DNA from: Candidatus Krumholzibacteriota bacterium
Lineage (GTDB): Bacteria > Krumholzibacteriota > Krumholzibacteriia > JAJRXK01
Direction of reading: 5' to 3'
Length of the DNA stretch: 64,000 nt
NCBI GenBank assembly: GCA_963764625.1
Contig: CAVXTH010000009.1
Coordinates: 960,001 to 1,024,000, forward strand
Shown here: piece by piece, positions 18,412 through 28,066 of the stretch
Position numbering within the stretch: position 1 is the stretch's first letter
Layout: every line of letters starts with the position of its first letter
Notes under the pieces: generated by a model
Databases searched by the model: none
Told to the model about the DNA's origin: nothing
What the model saw: the letters and a program-made list of their open reading frames with translations, nothing else
Position numbers and translations under genes: made by a program

Positions 18412-18965
18412 CGCGTAGGATCTTCGCACTCCTCATCGTCCTCGGCTTGCTTCTGGCCTCGGGCTGCGGCGAGAAGGAAGCGGAATCTCCTTCTCCCACC
18501 ACCGAGTCACCCATTCAGACCATTTACGGCTATCGCACCGTGGAGACCGAGCGCGGACAGATGCGTTGGGAGCTCTTCGGCAATCGGGCCGAGCGCTACG
18601 CGGGCGAGGAGGACCTCCACCTCATCGGAGTGCGCATGTACTTCTACAGCGAGGGAAATCTGAGCGCCACCCTCACCTCAAAGACGGGGAGTGTGAACGA
18701 GAACACGCGCAACATGGTGGCCAAAGGGGACGTGAAGATCGTGACCGAGGACGATCGCACGCTGCAGAGTGAGGTCCTGAACTGGGACAACGAGCGCAGA
18801 ATCATCTCCACTGACCTCTTTTTCCGGGCTACCGACGCTGACAAGGTTTTGACCGGTATCGGCCTGGAGACCGATCCGAAGATGACCGATCTGGTGATCA
18901 AGCAGCAGGTGGAGGGGGATGCTCCCGAGAGTTCCCAGGAATCTGTTGAAGGGGGGCAGAATTGA
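18408..18965 (+). CDS. lptC: LPS export periplasmic protein LptC, lipoprotein type
   Basis: Signal peptide with LLASGC lipobox; [10 protein letters not shown] and LTGIGLE beta-jellyroll motifs; upstream of lptB. Confidence 0.8.
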   Translation: MTRRIFALLIVLGLLLASGCGEKEAESPSPTTESPIQTIYGYRTVETERGQMRWELFGNRAERYAGEEDLHLIGVRMYFYSEGNLSATLTSKTGSVNENTRNMVAKGDVKIVTEDDRTLQSEVLNWDNERRIISTDLFFRATDADKVLTGIGLETDPKMTDLVIKQQVEGDAPESSQESVEGGQN

Positions 18966-19720
18966 GCGAGGTGGCATGGAAGTCGCTGTCATGTAGAGAA
19001 CTGGTGAAGCAGTACCGCTCGCGGCGCGTTGTGGATGGGGTGTCTCTCCACGTGCGCACGGGCGAAATCGTGGGTCTTTTGGGTCCCAACGGAGCCGGGA
19101 AGACCACGACCTTCTACCAGATGGTGGGCTTCATCAAGCCCAACTCGGGCAAGGTCTTCTTGGGCGAGACCGAGATCACGAGCAAACCGATGTACGTGAG
19201 GGCACGGCTGGGAATCGGCTACCTTCCCCAAGAGGCGTCCGTGTTCCGGCGCATGACGGTCGATGAGAACGTGAGGGCCATCCTGCAGACCATGAAGATC
19301 AGCCGTCAGGAACAGGACCAGAGGTGCGCCTATCTGCTCGAGGAATTGGGGGTGAGCCATCTCAAGTCCGCTAAGGGTTTCGAGCTCTCCGGAGGGGAAC
19401 GGAGACGCGTGGAGATCGCGCGGGCTCTTGCCATCGAGCCCCATTTCATTCTTCTGGACGAACCCTTCGCCGGAATCGACCCCATCGCTCTCAATGACAT
19501 CCAGGACATCGTCGCCGGACTCAAGAAGCGCGGCTTGGGCGTCCTCATCACGGATCACAACGTGAGGGAAACGCTCAGCATCACCGATCGCGCCTACATT
19601 CTTCACGAAGGCAAGATCATGGTGGAGGGAACACCCGACGAGATCGTGAAGGACGTGCAGGCGCGCCGGCTCTACTTGGGTGAGGGATTCCATCTCGAGA
19701 ACACGAGTTCACGCAGCTGA
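18962..19720 (+). CDS. lptB: LPS export ABC ATPase
   Basis: [54 protein letters not shown]. Confidence 0.96.
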   Translation: MSEVAWKSLSCRELVKQYRSRRVVDGVSLHVRTGEIVGLLGPNGAGKTTTFYQMVGFIKPNSGKVFLGETEITSKPMYVRARLGIGYLPQEASVFRRMTVDENVRAILQTMKISRQEQDQRCAYLLEELGVSHLKSAKGFELSGGERRRVEIARALAIEPHFILLDEPFAGIDPIALNDIQDIVAGLKKRGLGVLITDHNVRETLSITDRAYILHEGKIMVEGTPDEIVKDVQARRLYLGEGFHLENTSSRS

Positions 19721-19731
19721 GAGGCTATCGC

Positions 19732-21153
19732 ATGGAGATGAAGCACGTATTGAGTCAGCGGATGGGTCAACGACTCGTCATGACTCCCAAGCTGCAACAG
19801 GCTCTCAAGCTCTTGCAGGTTCCCACCCTGGAACTCGAACAGATTCTCAAGCAAGAAATCCTGATGAATCCCTTGCTCGAAGAGATCGAGCCGGCGGAGG
19901 ACGAGGAGGAAGTCGAAGCTTCCGAGAACGACACTTCGAATGGAGACGAGAAAGACAACAGCGACAAAAACGGAGATCCGGTGGATTGGGAAGAGTACTT
20001 CAGTGACGGTTTCAGCCAGACTGGTTTCGAAGGGGAACGGGAGGAGATCGACGACCGCTTCGAGCGCGTCGCGGTCGCGCCGGAAAACGGCTACGAGAAA
20101 CTTTCGGTTCAGCTGCATCTGAATCTCAACGACGAGCTGGAGATCCAGATCGGCGAGTACATCATCGGAAGCCTCAACGAAGACGGTTTCTTGAGCTGCG
20201 AACTGAGCGAGGTGGCACGACAATTCGAGGTGGAAGAGGAGAAGGCCGAGCGGGTGCTGCGCGTCATTCAGGCCTTCGATCCTCCGGGGATCGGCGCGCG
20301 CAGCCTGCGGGAATCCCTGATTCTCCAGCTCACGGCGCTGGGCGAGGGCGACGGACTGGCCGCCACCATCGTCCGGGACCATTTCGAAGCGCTCAAGAAC
20401 CGCAAATTCAACGAAATCGCCAAGGAGATGCATCTCACCGCTCAGGACGTCCAGGCGATTGCGCTCGAAATCGGTCAACTCGATCCCCGCCCCGGTCTCT
20501 CCACCTTCGGGGAGGACGCCAAGTACGTCGTTCCCGATCTCATCGTCGAGAGGGTCGAGGGAGAGTACATCGTCTATCTCAACGACAGCAACATTCCCCG
20601 CCTTCGAGTCAGCCGCGCCTATCGCGAGGAGCTCGCTCGCAGCCGGCAGCAGGGAGACAAGGAGACCAGGGAATTCATCGTGGGCAAGCTGAACTCCGCG
20701 CGTTGGCTCATTCAGACCATCGAGCAGCGGCGGCGGACGATCGTCAAAGTGATGCAGTGCATCGTCGAGGAGCAGGAGGAATTTTTCGAGAAGGGAGCGG
20801 TGGCTTTGAAGCCGTTGACTCTCCAGCAGGTGGCAAATCGAATCGGCATGCACGAATCGACGGTGAGTCGCGTCACCACCAACAAGTATGTCCAGACTCC
20901 GCGTGGTGTCTTCGAGTTGAAGTACTTCTTCAGCTCCAGTCTCGATACCGACGATGGCGAAAACATGTCTTCGAAAGCAGCGAAAATCCGAATCCAGGGC
21001 ATCATCAGCAAGGAGGAGAAGAACCGGCCTCTCAGCGACCAAAAAATTGTGGATCTACTCAAGGTCGAGGGCTTGAACATCGCCCGGAGGACCGTGGCGA
21101 AGTACCGCGAACAACTGGGAATTCTGCCCGCGCGGATGCGTAAGACCTACTAG
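19732..21153 (+). CDS. rpoN: RNA polymerase sigma-54 factor
   Basis: MTPKLQQALKLLQ, HESTVSR, RpoN box ARRTVAKYRE. Confidence 0.98.
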   Translation: MEMKHVLSQRMGQRLVMTPKLQQALKLLQVPTLELEQILKQEILMNPLLEEIEPAEDEEEVEASENDTSNGDEKDNSDKNGDPVDWEEYFSDGFSQTGFEGEREEIDDRFERVAVAPENGYEKLSVQLHLNLNDELEIQIGEYIIGSLNEDGFLSCELSEVARQFEVEEEKAERVLRVIQAFDPPGIGARSLRESLILQLTALGEGDGLAATIVRDHFEALKNRKFNEIAKEMHLTAQDVQAIALEIGQLDPRPGLSTFGEDAKYVVPDLIVERVEGEYIVYLNDSNIPRLRVSRAYREELARSRQQGDKETREFIVGKLNSARWLIQTIEQRRRTIVKVMQCIVEEQEEFFEKGAVALKPLTLQQVANRIGMHESTVSRVTTNKYVQTPRGVFELKYFFSSSLDTDDGENMSSKAAKIRIQGIISKEEKNRPLSDQKIVDLLKVEGLNIARRTVAKYREQLGILPARMRKTY

Positions 21154-21163
21154 CTCCGATTGC

Positions 21164-21192
21164 GTGCCAAGGAGCTTGGCACCGTCCCGGCA
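21164..21192 (+). promoter_or_regulatory. Inverted repeat after rpoN containing a degenerate sigma54 site upstream of hpf
   Basis: GTGCCAA-ggagc-TTGGCAC; TGGCAC-CGTCC-CGGCA keeps GG-N10-GC. Confidence 0.35.
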
Positions 21193-21275
21193 ACGGGTTA
21201 CATTCCAGGGAGACGGTTGGTCGCCGCACTTCCGGCGGCGAAGAGCCGGGTGGTCCCTCACTTCCGGAGGCATAA

Positions 21276-21659
21276 ATGAACCTCGAGATCACGAACCGGA
21301 ACTACGAGCCCACCTCGCGCGTCCGCATCCACGCGGAAGAGCGCATCGCGAAATTCGACAAATATCTGCGAGATCTCGGACCGATTCACCTCACCCTGGC
21401 GGAGGAGAAGGTGGACAAGGTGTGCGAGATTCACCTCCGAGCCTATGGCAAGGATTTTCACGCCCGCGCCGACTCCGATGACATGTTGCAGTCGGTCGAC
21501 CGCGCCTGCGCGAGCATGGAACATCAGCTCCGAAAGCACCGCGATCGATTGACCGGCCAACGCAAGGGAGCCAAGCAGGAACTCTCGTCCGCGGCGGCCC
21601 TTGAGCAATTGACTCAGGCCGAGATCCTGCGCGGCGAGGGCGAAGACGAGGAGGCCTGA
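21276..21659 (+). CDS. hpf: Ribosome hibernation promoting factor (short HPF/RaiA)
   Basis: MNLEITNRN...DMLQSVD...LRKHRDR; classic position after rpoN. Confidence 0.88.
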   Translation: MNLEITNRNYEPTSRVRIHAEERIAKFDKYLRDLGPIHLTLAEEKVDKVCEIHLRAYGKDFHARADSDDMLQSVDRACASMEHQLRKHRDRLTGQRKGAKQELSSAAALEQLTQAEILRGEGEDEEA

Positions 21660-22625
21660 GTGGCCCATCCCATCCGGTTCGCCGATCTGGTGCAACGCCT
21701 CGGGGTGAGTACCGAGACGGAAATCCTGGTCAGCGGCTCGCCTGACGCTTCGGTCAAGGATGACGACGTCCATCGTCCCGGCATGGGTTTGATGGGGTAT
21801 ACCGACGGTTTCCTGAGCGATCGGCTGCAGGTCTTCGGCGAGAGCGAGGTCAGATACCTCGAGAGCCTGAGTACGACCCAGCAGCGCGCCGCGATTCGCC
21901 GCGTCCTGGACATCAAGGTCGCTGGAGTGTTCGTGGCCAAGGAACTCGCCATCCCCGGCTCCGTGCTCACGGAACTCGAGAACGACCAGGTTCCGGTGGC
22001 TCGAGTCTCACTGGAAACCGAGGACCTGGTCGATCTTCTTCGAGATCTTCTCAAGGACTGCTTCGCGCCCCGCTCGAACGTCCATGGCACCCTGGTCGAC
22101 GTCTACGGGGTGGGAATGCTCTTTACCGGCCGCAGCGGGGTCGGCAAGAGTGAAACCGCGCTCGACCTCATCGAGCGCGGTCACCGACTGGTAGCCGATG
22201 ATCTGGTGGAAATCACGCGGCGCGACGACGTCCTCTTGGGGACCGGGCGCGAGACGCTGAAGCACCATATGGAAATCAGGGGCATCGGAATCGTGGATGT
22301 CTTTCCGATCTTCGGCGTTCGTGCCCTGCGGATGCAGAAGCGGGTGGAAGTCGAGGTTCGTCTCGAAGACTGGGTCGAGGGAAAGAGTTACGATCGATTG
22401 GGTCTGGACCGGGAGGAGAGCGAGATCCTGGGGGTCACGATTCCGCGAGTGAACGTCCCGGTCGTACCGGGCAAGAACATCACCGTGATCACCGAGGTCC
22501 TTGCTCTGGATTTCATGCTCAAGGTCTATGGCATCGATTCCGCCGAGCTCTTGAACCGCAAGCTCATCGAGAGCATGGAGGATCTGGGGCGTACTGCACA
22601 GTATCTCCGTCACGATTTCGAATGA
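21660..22625 (+). CDS. hprK: HPr kinase/phosphorylase
   Basis: HGTLVDVYGVG, GRSGVGKSE, LVADD, EIRGIGI. Confidence 0.96.
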   Translation: MAHPIRFADLVQRLGVSTETEILVSGSPDASVKDDDVHRPGMGLMGYTDGFLSDRLQVFGESEVRYLESLSTTQQRAAIRRVLDIKVAGVFVAKELAIPGSVLTELENDQVPVARVSLETEDLVDLLRDLLKDCFAPRSNVHGTLVDVYGVGMLFTGRSGVGKSETALDLIERGHRLVADDLVEITRRDDVLLGTGRETLKHHMEIRGIGIVDVFPIFGVRALRMQKRVEVEVRLEDWVEGKSYDRLGLDREESEILGVTIPRVNVPVVPGKNITVITEVLALDFMLKVYGIDSAELLNRKLIESMEDLGRTAQYLRHDFE

Positions 22626-22665
22626 TTCTAAGGCGCAGGATGCGATGCACACCGAAGCTACCGGC

Positions 22666-23049
22666 ATGCGCGGACTGATCGTCACTCATGGCGATCTGGG
22701 AAAAGAGTTGATGGCGTCGGCCCGTTTGGTCGTCGCTTCCGAATTCACTTTGTCCATCCTCAGCAATCGCGGCCGCGGGAAGCGAGAGTTGCAGCAGCTG
22801 ATCTCTCAGTGGCTGCAGGACGGGAGTGGTCCCGCGGTGATCATGGTCGACGAAGGTTTCGGCTCGTGCGGAACCGCGGCCTGTGTCGCGGCTTCCGGTC
22901 GAAAGGATACTTGGGTCCTCTCTGGTGTGAACCTGTCGATGGTCGTCACCTATCTGAGCCGAGTGGGCTGGCTGGCTCCGGCCGAGCTGGTGGAGAAGGT
23001 GACCCAGCGGGCCCGCGAAGCGGTCCGGATCATGGAGTTGGAGCTGTGA
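22666..23049 (+). CDS. PTS mannose-family EIIA
   Basis: GLIVTHG (phospho-His), SGVNLSM; start 22666 or 22645. Confidence 0.85.
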   Translation: MRGLIVTHGDLGKELMASARLVVASEFTLSILSNRGRGKRELQQLISQWLQDGSGPAVIMVDEGFGSCGTAACVAASGRKDTWVLSGVNLSMVVTYLSRVGWLAPAELVEKVTQRAREAVRIMELEL

Positions 23050-23534
23050 ATTTGATCAGGGTTCGCGTCGATGACCGGCTGATCCACGGACAGGTGGTCG
23101 TGGGTTGTTGCGAAACTCTCGGCTTGCATAGGCTCATCCTGGCCAACGACGAGGTAGCCGAAGATCCTTTGCAGACTCGGCTCTATCGCTCCGTGGTTCC
23201 CAAGGCCATCGAGTTGAAGATCCTCACCGTCGACGCGGCGGCTTCGTACCTGCGTGGCTTGGAGGAGAGCGCGGATCGCAAGGCCACACTCGTGGTCCTG
23301 GAGACGCCTCAGGATGTGTCCCGGCTGATCGCTTCTGGGGCGAAGATCGCCAAGGTGATTCTGGGAGGAATTCACCACCACGAGGCAAGCCGGGAGATTT
23401 GGCCTGGCTACTTCCTGGACGAGGCGCAGATGAGTGCTCTCCGCGAGCTGCTCCACAGAGGGGTTTCGGTCGAGGTCCAGAGCATTCCGGGAGCGCGCCG
23501 CATCGACGGCCGCGCTGCTCTGGAGAGCCATTGA
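23046..23534 (+). CDS. PTS mannose-family EIIB
   Basis: RVDDRLIHGQVV signature. Confidence 0.9.
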   Translation: MNLIRVRVDDRLIHGQVVVGCCETLGLHRLILANDEVAEDPLQTRLYRSVVPKAIELKILTVDAAASYLRGLEESADRKATLVVLETPQDVSRLIASGAKIAKVILGGIHHHEASREIWPGYFLDEAQMSALRELLHRGVSVEVQSIPGARRIDGRAALESH

Positions 23535-24190
23535 TTTTAGCCGCGCTACTGGGGGGAGCGGCCGGAGCCGATCGGACGGCGGTGGGACAAACCCTCCTGG
23601 CTCACCCCGCGGTGGCGGCCACTCTCGCCGGTTTCCTCATGGGAGCGCCGGCCGAAGGGATCTGGCTGGGGTTCTGCCTCAGCCTGTTGAGTCATTCGAA
23701 TCTCCCCATCGGCTACGAGACTTTGCGCGATACGACCTCGGTCGCCGTCGCTATCCCACTGGCGCTTGGGGCTGACGCCGCGAGCTGGGCCTGGGGCGCC
23801 GCGCTCGTGCTGGGACTCCTGCTGGCGGGGCCGGCCGGGCAGGCGATCCGTGCCCTGCGGGAGCTCACGCTGCACAACCGGGTTCAACTGCGTCGGAGCG
23901 TCGAGTCGGGCGAAGTGCCGCACTTTGAGTTCTTCCATTTCGGCATGGTTCTCCTGCATTTCCTGCGCGGATTTCTGGTCTGTCTGGTCCTGGCGGCGGT
24001 GCTTCGACTCGCGCTGCAAGGGCTGGGATCGGTGATGGATGCAAGCGCGCGGCAGGCCCTGGAGTTGAGTTGGTGGGGAGCGCCCCTTCTGGGAGTGGGG
24101 GGATTGCTCCGCCAGCGCGCACGACTGTCTTGGGTCGTGCTCGGCCTCGGCCTCGCCTCCCTCTGGCTGCTCGTCGGGGGGATCTCGTGA
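23531..24190 (+). CDS. PTS mannose-family EIIC (divergent)
   Basis: AD..GQTLLAHPAV, LPIG; hydrophobic; lies between EIIB and EIID. Confidence 0.75.
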   Translation: MILAALLGGAAGADRTAVGQTLLAHPAVAATLAGFLMGAPAEGIWLGFCLSLLSHSNLPIGYETLRDTTSVAVAIPLALGADAASWAWGAALVLGLLLAGPAGQAIRALRELTLHNRVQLRRSVESGEVPHFEFFHFGMVLLHFLRGFLVCLVLAAVLRLALQGLGSVMDASARQALELSWWGAPLLGVGGLLRQRARLSWVVLGLGLASLWLLVGGIS

Positions 24191-24912
24191 ACGGGCGTAG
24201 CTTTCTGAGCTGGCGGCTGTGGTTCCTGCAATCCTCGTGGAATCGCGAGGGCATGCAGAGTCTGGGGCTGCTCGTGTGCATGCTTCCCTGGGCGCGCCGG
24301 CGTGGTCTCTCGGGTCGCGAGCTGGCGGAGTGGGCGCGCCCGCGGCTTGCGTATTTCAACACGAATCCCTACCTGGCGGGACTCGTATTGGGGGCGACGC
24401 TGCATCTCGCCGAGCGGAATCGCGATGAGGAGAGTTTCAGACTCCAAAAGAGTCTATCGCGGAGCCTGGGGGCCCTGGGGGACCCCTTCTTTTGGGAGGG
24501 CGCGAGGCCCGCGGTGGCTTATCTTGGTCTGAGCGCAGCCTTCCTCACGGGTCCCATCGGGATTCTCGTCGCCTGGCTGTTCTTTCTCTTGGCTTCGGGA
24601 ATCGTGCGGGAACTGTGCCTGCGGATCGGGGTTGAGAGGGGACCGGGCGTTGTCGATCTCCTCACGCGCCCCTCGATCCACCGATGGTTGCGTTCAGCGC
24701 GCGCCGCGGCCGGATTGAGTTGCGGGATCGCGCTGGGGCTCGGATTCGCCACTCGTTGGGGCATGTTCGGCACCCCGCAGGCTTTGATCTCGGTGGTGGG
24801 AGCAGTACTATGTGGCTTCTTGGCGGCGTGGCGCCGCTGGCCACTCGAACGCGTGCTGCTTCTGGCCACCGTGCTTCTGTGGGGAATTCTGCGCTCGACC
24901 AAGAGTCTATAG
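24187..24912 (+). CDS. PTS mannose-family EIID
   Basis: LQSSWNREGMQSLG, YFNTNPY, LGALGDPFFW. Confidence 0.88.
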   Translation: MNGRSFLSWRLWFLQSSWNREGMQSLGLLVCMLPWARRRGLSGRELAEWARPRLAYFNTNPYLAGLVLGATLHLAERNRDEESFRLQKSLSRSLGALGDPFFWEGARPAVAYLGLSAAFLTGPIGILVAWLFFLLASGIVRELCLRIGVERGPGVVDLLTRPSIHRWLRSARAAAGLSCGIALGLGFATRWGMFGTPQALISVVGAVLCGFLAAWRRWPLERVLLLATVLLWGILRSTKSL

Positions 24913-24928
24913 GAAGGATGAACTGGCA

Positions 24929-25198
24929 ATGCCGAGTTTGACAGCGCGCGTGGGCGACCCGGTCGGTTTGCACTTGAGGGCAGCCAGTCGCATCGTGAAG
25001 CGAGCAAAGCAATTCGAGTCGGAGATTCACATCCGCTATCAGAGCGTAGAAGCGAACGCGAAGAGCATCCTCGGATTGGCCTCTCTGGTGGCGCATCATT
25101 TGGAACCTCTGGAGATCAGCGCGGAAGGACCCGACGCCGAAGCGGCTCTCGCCTCTCTCGCCACCCTGATCGAACACGAACTAGCGGAACAGGGTTGA
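24929..25198 (+). CDS. ptsH: Phosphocarrier HPr
   Basis: GLHLRAAS (His15) and NAKSILG (Ser46). Confidence 0.92.
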   Translation: MPSLTARVGDPVGLHLRAASRIVKRAKQFESEIHIRYQSVEANAKSILGLASLVAHHLEPLEISAEGPDAEAALASLATLIEHELAEQG

Positions 25199-25202
25199 AG
25201 CA

Positions 25203-26984
25203 GTGCGTAAATTCAGCGGCATCGGAGCGTCGAATGGACTCGTCCTGGGCAAGGCCCTGGTCTTTCCCCCGACGAGTCTCGCGGAGGGGACGAGCTACTG
25301 TGAAGCCTCGGAAATCGATGCCGAACTCTCCCGTTTCGAGGAAGCGCTGGAAAAGACCAAGGTGGAGCTCGAGGAGCTGCGCTTGCAGCTCCACGGACAC
25401 CTGGGGGAGGGTCACGCCCGCATCCTCGACGCTCAACTGCTGCTTCTGGAAGACGAGGAGGTGCTCAGGGTCACCCGTGGCTTCGTCCGCGAGAAACTGA
25501 TGAGTGCGGGCTCCGCGTTCGCGCGGGCCATTGGAGAGGCCCTCGTCCCGCTTCATCTCTCGGGAGAGTCTCTCTTTCGCGAGAGGATCGAGGATTTTCG
25601 CGACGTGGAGCAAAGGGTGCTCCGCACCCTCAGGGGAGGGCAGGAGCCCCGACCTGAACTCGAGGAGCCGGTAATCATCGTCGCGAGCCAGTTGAGCCCC
25701 AGCGAGACGGCAGCGCTGGAGCCGGCCTTCATCCTGGGTTTCTGCATCGACGAGGGCGGACCGAGCAGCCACACCGCGATCATCGCGCGGAGCCTGGGCG
25801 TGCCCTGCGTGGTCGGATTGGGCTCGATGAGCCGTCAGGTGCGAAGCGGCGAAGACCTCATGGTCGACGGGATGTCGGGGCAAATCGTCGTCGGTCCCGA
25901 GGCCAAAGTGCGCGAGAGATTCGCCGCGCGCGTGCGCCGCCGTCGCCAGGCCGAAGAAAAACTCAACTCCCTGCGTACTCTCCCCGCCACCACCCCGGAC
26001 GGCCACACGGTGGAATTGGCGGCGAATGTCGAGCTGCCGGTCGAGATCTCCCTGGCCATCAAGAACGGAGCCGAGGGAATCGGGCTTCTGCGCACCGAGT
26101 ATTTCTATTTTCTCCAGGGCCAGATTCCCGCCGAGGAAGAGCAGTTCGAAGCCTATCGCGAGGTTGTGTCCAGCGCGAAAGGCAAGACAGTCATCTTCCG
26201 CGTGCTCGATGTCGGGGGAGACAAACTTCTGACCGCCATGGGCGGATTTCGCGAATACAATCCCTTCCTCGGATGGAGAGGAGTGCGCTATCTTCTCTCC
26301 AACCCCGACCTGCTCCGCAGCCAATTGCGGGCTCTGTACCGGGTCAGCGCGCTGGGACCGGTGAAGATCATGGTTCCCATGATCACCGACGTCAGTGAGT
26401 TGAGAAAGGTGAAGGAAATCGCCAAGCGCTGTCGCCAGGAACTCATCCAGGAGGGGAAGGCGATCGCGGACGAAGTCGAGTTGGGAATCATGGTGGAGAC
26501 TCCCGCGGCGGTAGCGATGGCGCCGGAACTGGCCAAAGAGTGCGATTTCTTCAGCATCGGAACCAACGATCTCACCCAATACATCATGGCAGTCGATCGA
26601 ACCAATGCGCGCGTGGCATACCTCCATCGGCCTTCGCATCCCGCGGTCTTGCGGGCCATCAAGCAGACGATCGACGCCGCGCACGAAGCGGGCATCTGGG
26701 TGGGGCTCTGCGGGGAAATGGGAGGCACTCCGAGTCTCGCCGTCCTGCTCATGGGGATGGGCATCGACGAGATCTCGACCAACGCCGCGACCGTCCCGCT
26801 CGTGAAGAAGGCAATCCGCAGCTTTCCCTTCGCCAAGGCGCGCATGTGGGCCGAGGAGGCGCTCGCGTTCTCCACCGCCGACGAAGTTGAAAACTTTCTG
26901 CGCGTCAAGGCCCAGAGGGGGCTTCGCGGAATTCTCCAGGAGGAGCAGAACGCCTCGATCGACCCTGCCGAGGGGATGGCATGA
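25203..26984 (+). CDS. ptsI: PEP-protein phosphotransferase, enzyme I
   Basis: SHTAIIARSLG, GIGLLRTE, DVGGDK, NPFLGWRG, SIGTNDLTQY, CGE; no N-terminal GAF. Confidence 0.95.
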   Translation: MRKFSGIGASNGLVLGKALVFPPTSLAEGTSYCEASEIDAELSRFEEALEKTKVELEELRLQLHGHLGEGHARILDAQLLLLEDEEVLRVTRGFVREKLMSAGSAFARAIGEALVPLHLSGESLFRERIEDFRDVEQRVLRTLRGGQEPRPELEEPVIIVASQLSPSETAALEPAFILGFCIDEGGPSSHTAIIARSLGVPCVVGLGSMSRQVRSGEDLMVDGMSGQIVVGPEAKVRERFAARVRRRRQAEEKLNSLRTLPATTPDGHTVELAANVELPVEISLAIKNGAEGIGLLRTEYFYFLQGQIPAEEEQFEAYREVVSSAKGKTVIFRVLDVGGDKLLTAMGGFREYNPFLGWRGVRYLLSNPDLLRSQLRALYRVSALGPVKIMVPMITDVSELRKVKEIAKRCRQELIQEGKAIADEVELGIMVETPAAVAMAPELAKECDFFSIGTNDLTQYIMAVDRTNARVAYLHRPSHPAVLRAIKQTIDAAHEAGIWVGLCGEMGGTPSLAVLLMGMGIDEISTNAATVPLVKKAIRSFPFAKARMWAEEALAFSTADEVENFLRVKAQRGLRGILQEEQNASIDPAEGMA

Positions 26985-27015
26985 GTCCTTCTTGCCCAAA
27001 CTTCCCGGGGAACCG

Positions 27016-28035
27016 ATGCTGGGCCTCGTGGGAACCCTGCCGCGTCAGATCCGCGAAACCGAGTCGCTCTTCGGCGAGGCGCAGATTCCGCGAATTGTCT
27101 CTCGCCAGCGCATTCTCTTCTGTGGCATGGGAGGAAGCGCCGCGGCGGGGATGTTGGCGCAGGGACTGCTGCTCGAATCGCCGGTGCTCTTCGTTCTCAA
27201 TCGTGGATACCGCATGCCCGCCTGGGTGGACGAGAATACTCTTCTCATCTTTTCGTCGTACTCGGGGAATACCGAAGAGGTGCTTTCCTGCTGGACTCAG
27301 GCCGAGGAGAGCTTTCCCACACTGCAGAAACTCGTCATCACCTCCGGTGGCACTCTGGCCGAACACGCCCAAGACGCGGGCGTCCCGCGACTCATCATTC
27401 CACCGGGTTTGCCACCGCGGGCCAGTCTGGGTTATGGCGTCGGAGTTCTCTTCCGCTTGCTCGGTCACCTCGGGCTCATGGAGCAAGTGGAGGAAGGCCT
27501 CAGCGAAGCAGTTGAAATCCTGGAGCAAGGCGTCAAGAACATGGGGGTCGAAGCGAACGAAACCAACAATCCGGCGCGCCGTCTGGCCCGAAGGCTCTAC
27601 GGCAAGTTTCCCCTGATCTATTCGGCTGAAGGGATGGCAGCGGCAGTGGCGCGCAGATGGTGTGCGCAAATCAACGAGAACGGGAAGGCCCTGGCCCACT
27701 GTTCGGTTCTCCCCGAATTGAACCACAACGAAATCGTCGGCTGGGAACTGCCGACCCGGGTGCGTGCCGAGAGCTTCGTGATCGCCTTGCGCGATCGGGC
27801 CGATCACCCCCGCGTGCAGCGCCGTTTCGGGTTGACGAAGTCCGTCCTGGGTGCGCGCGTTCCCGGCTGGGAGAACATCGAGAGCCAGGGAGACTCGCCC
27901 ATCGCGCGCGCGATGAGTCTGGTGCTCTTCGGCGATTATCTCTCGGTCTATCTGGCGCAGGCGGGGGGAATCGAGGCCACTCCGGTGTCCGCGATCGACC
28001 TGCTCAAACAGAAACTCTCCGAGCCTCAGTCCTGA
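27016..28035 (+). CDS. Bifunctional phosphoglucose/phosphomannose isomerase (true start may be 26981 with a 1-nt deletion near 27010)
   Basis: GMGGS, SYSGNTEE, TSGG, PPRA, QINENGK, PELNHNEIVGW. Confidence 0.9.
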   Translation: MLGLVGTLPRQIRETESLFGEAQIPRIVSRQRILFCGMGGSAAAGMLAQGLLLESPVLFVLNRGYRMPAWVDENTLLIFSSYSGNTEEVLSCWTQAEESFPTLQKLVITSGGTLAEHAQDAGVPRLIIPPGLPPRASLGYGVGVLFRLLGHLGLMEQVEEGLSEAVEILEQGVKNMGVEANETNNPARRLARRLYGKFPLIYSAEGMAAAVARRWCAQINENGKALAHCSVLPELNHNEIVGWELPTRVRAESFVIALRDRADHPRVQRRFGLTKSVLGARVPGWENIESQGDSPIARAMSLVLFGDYLSVYLAQAGGIEATPVSAIDLLKQKLSEPQS

Positions 28036-28066
28036 GGCTCGAGAAACCGCTTGGAGGACCTGCTCG

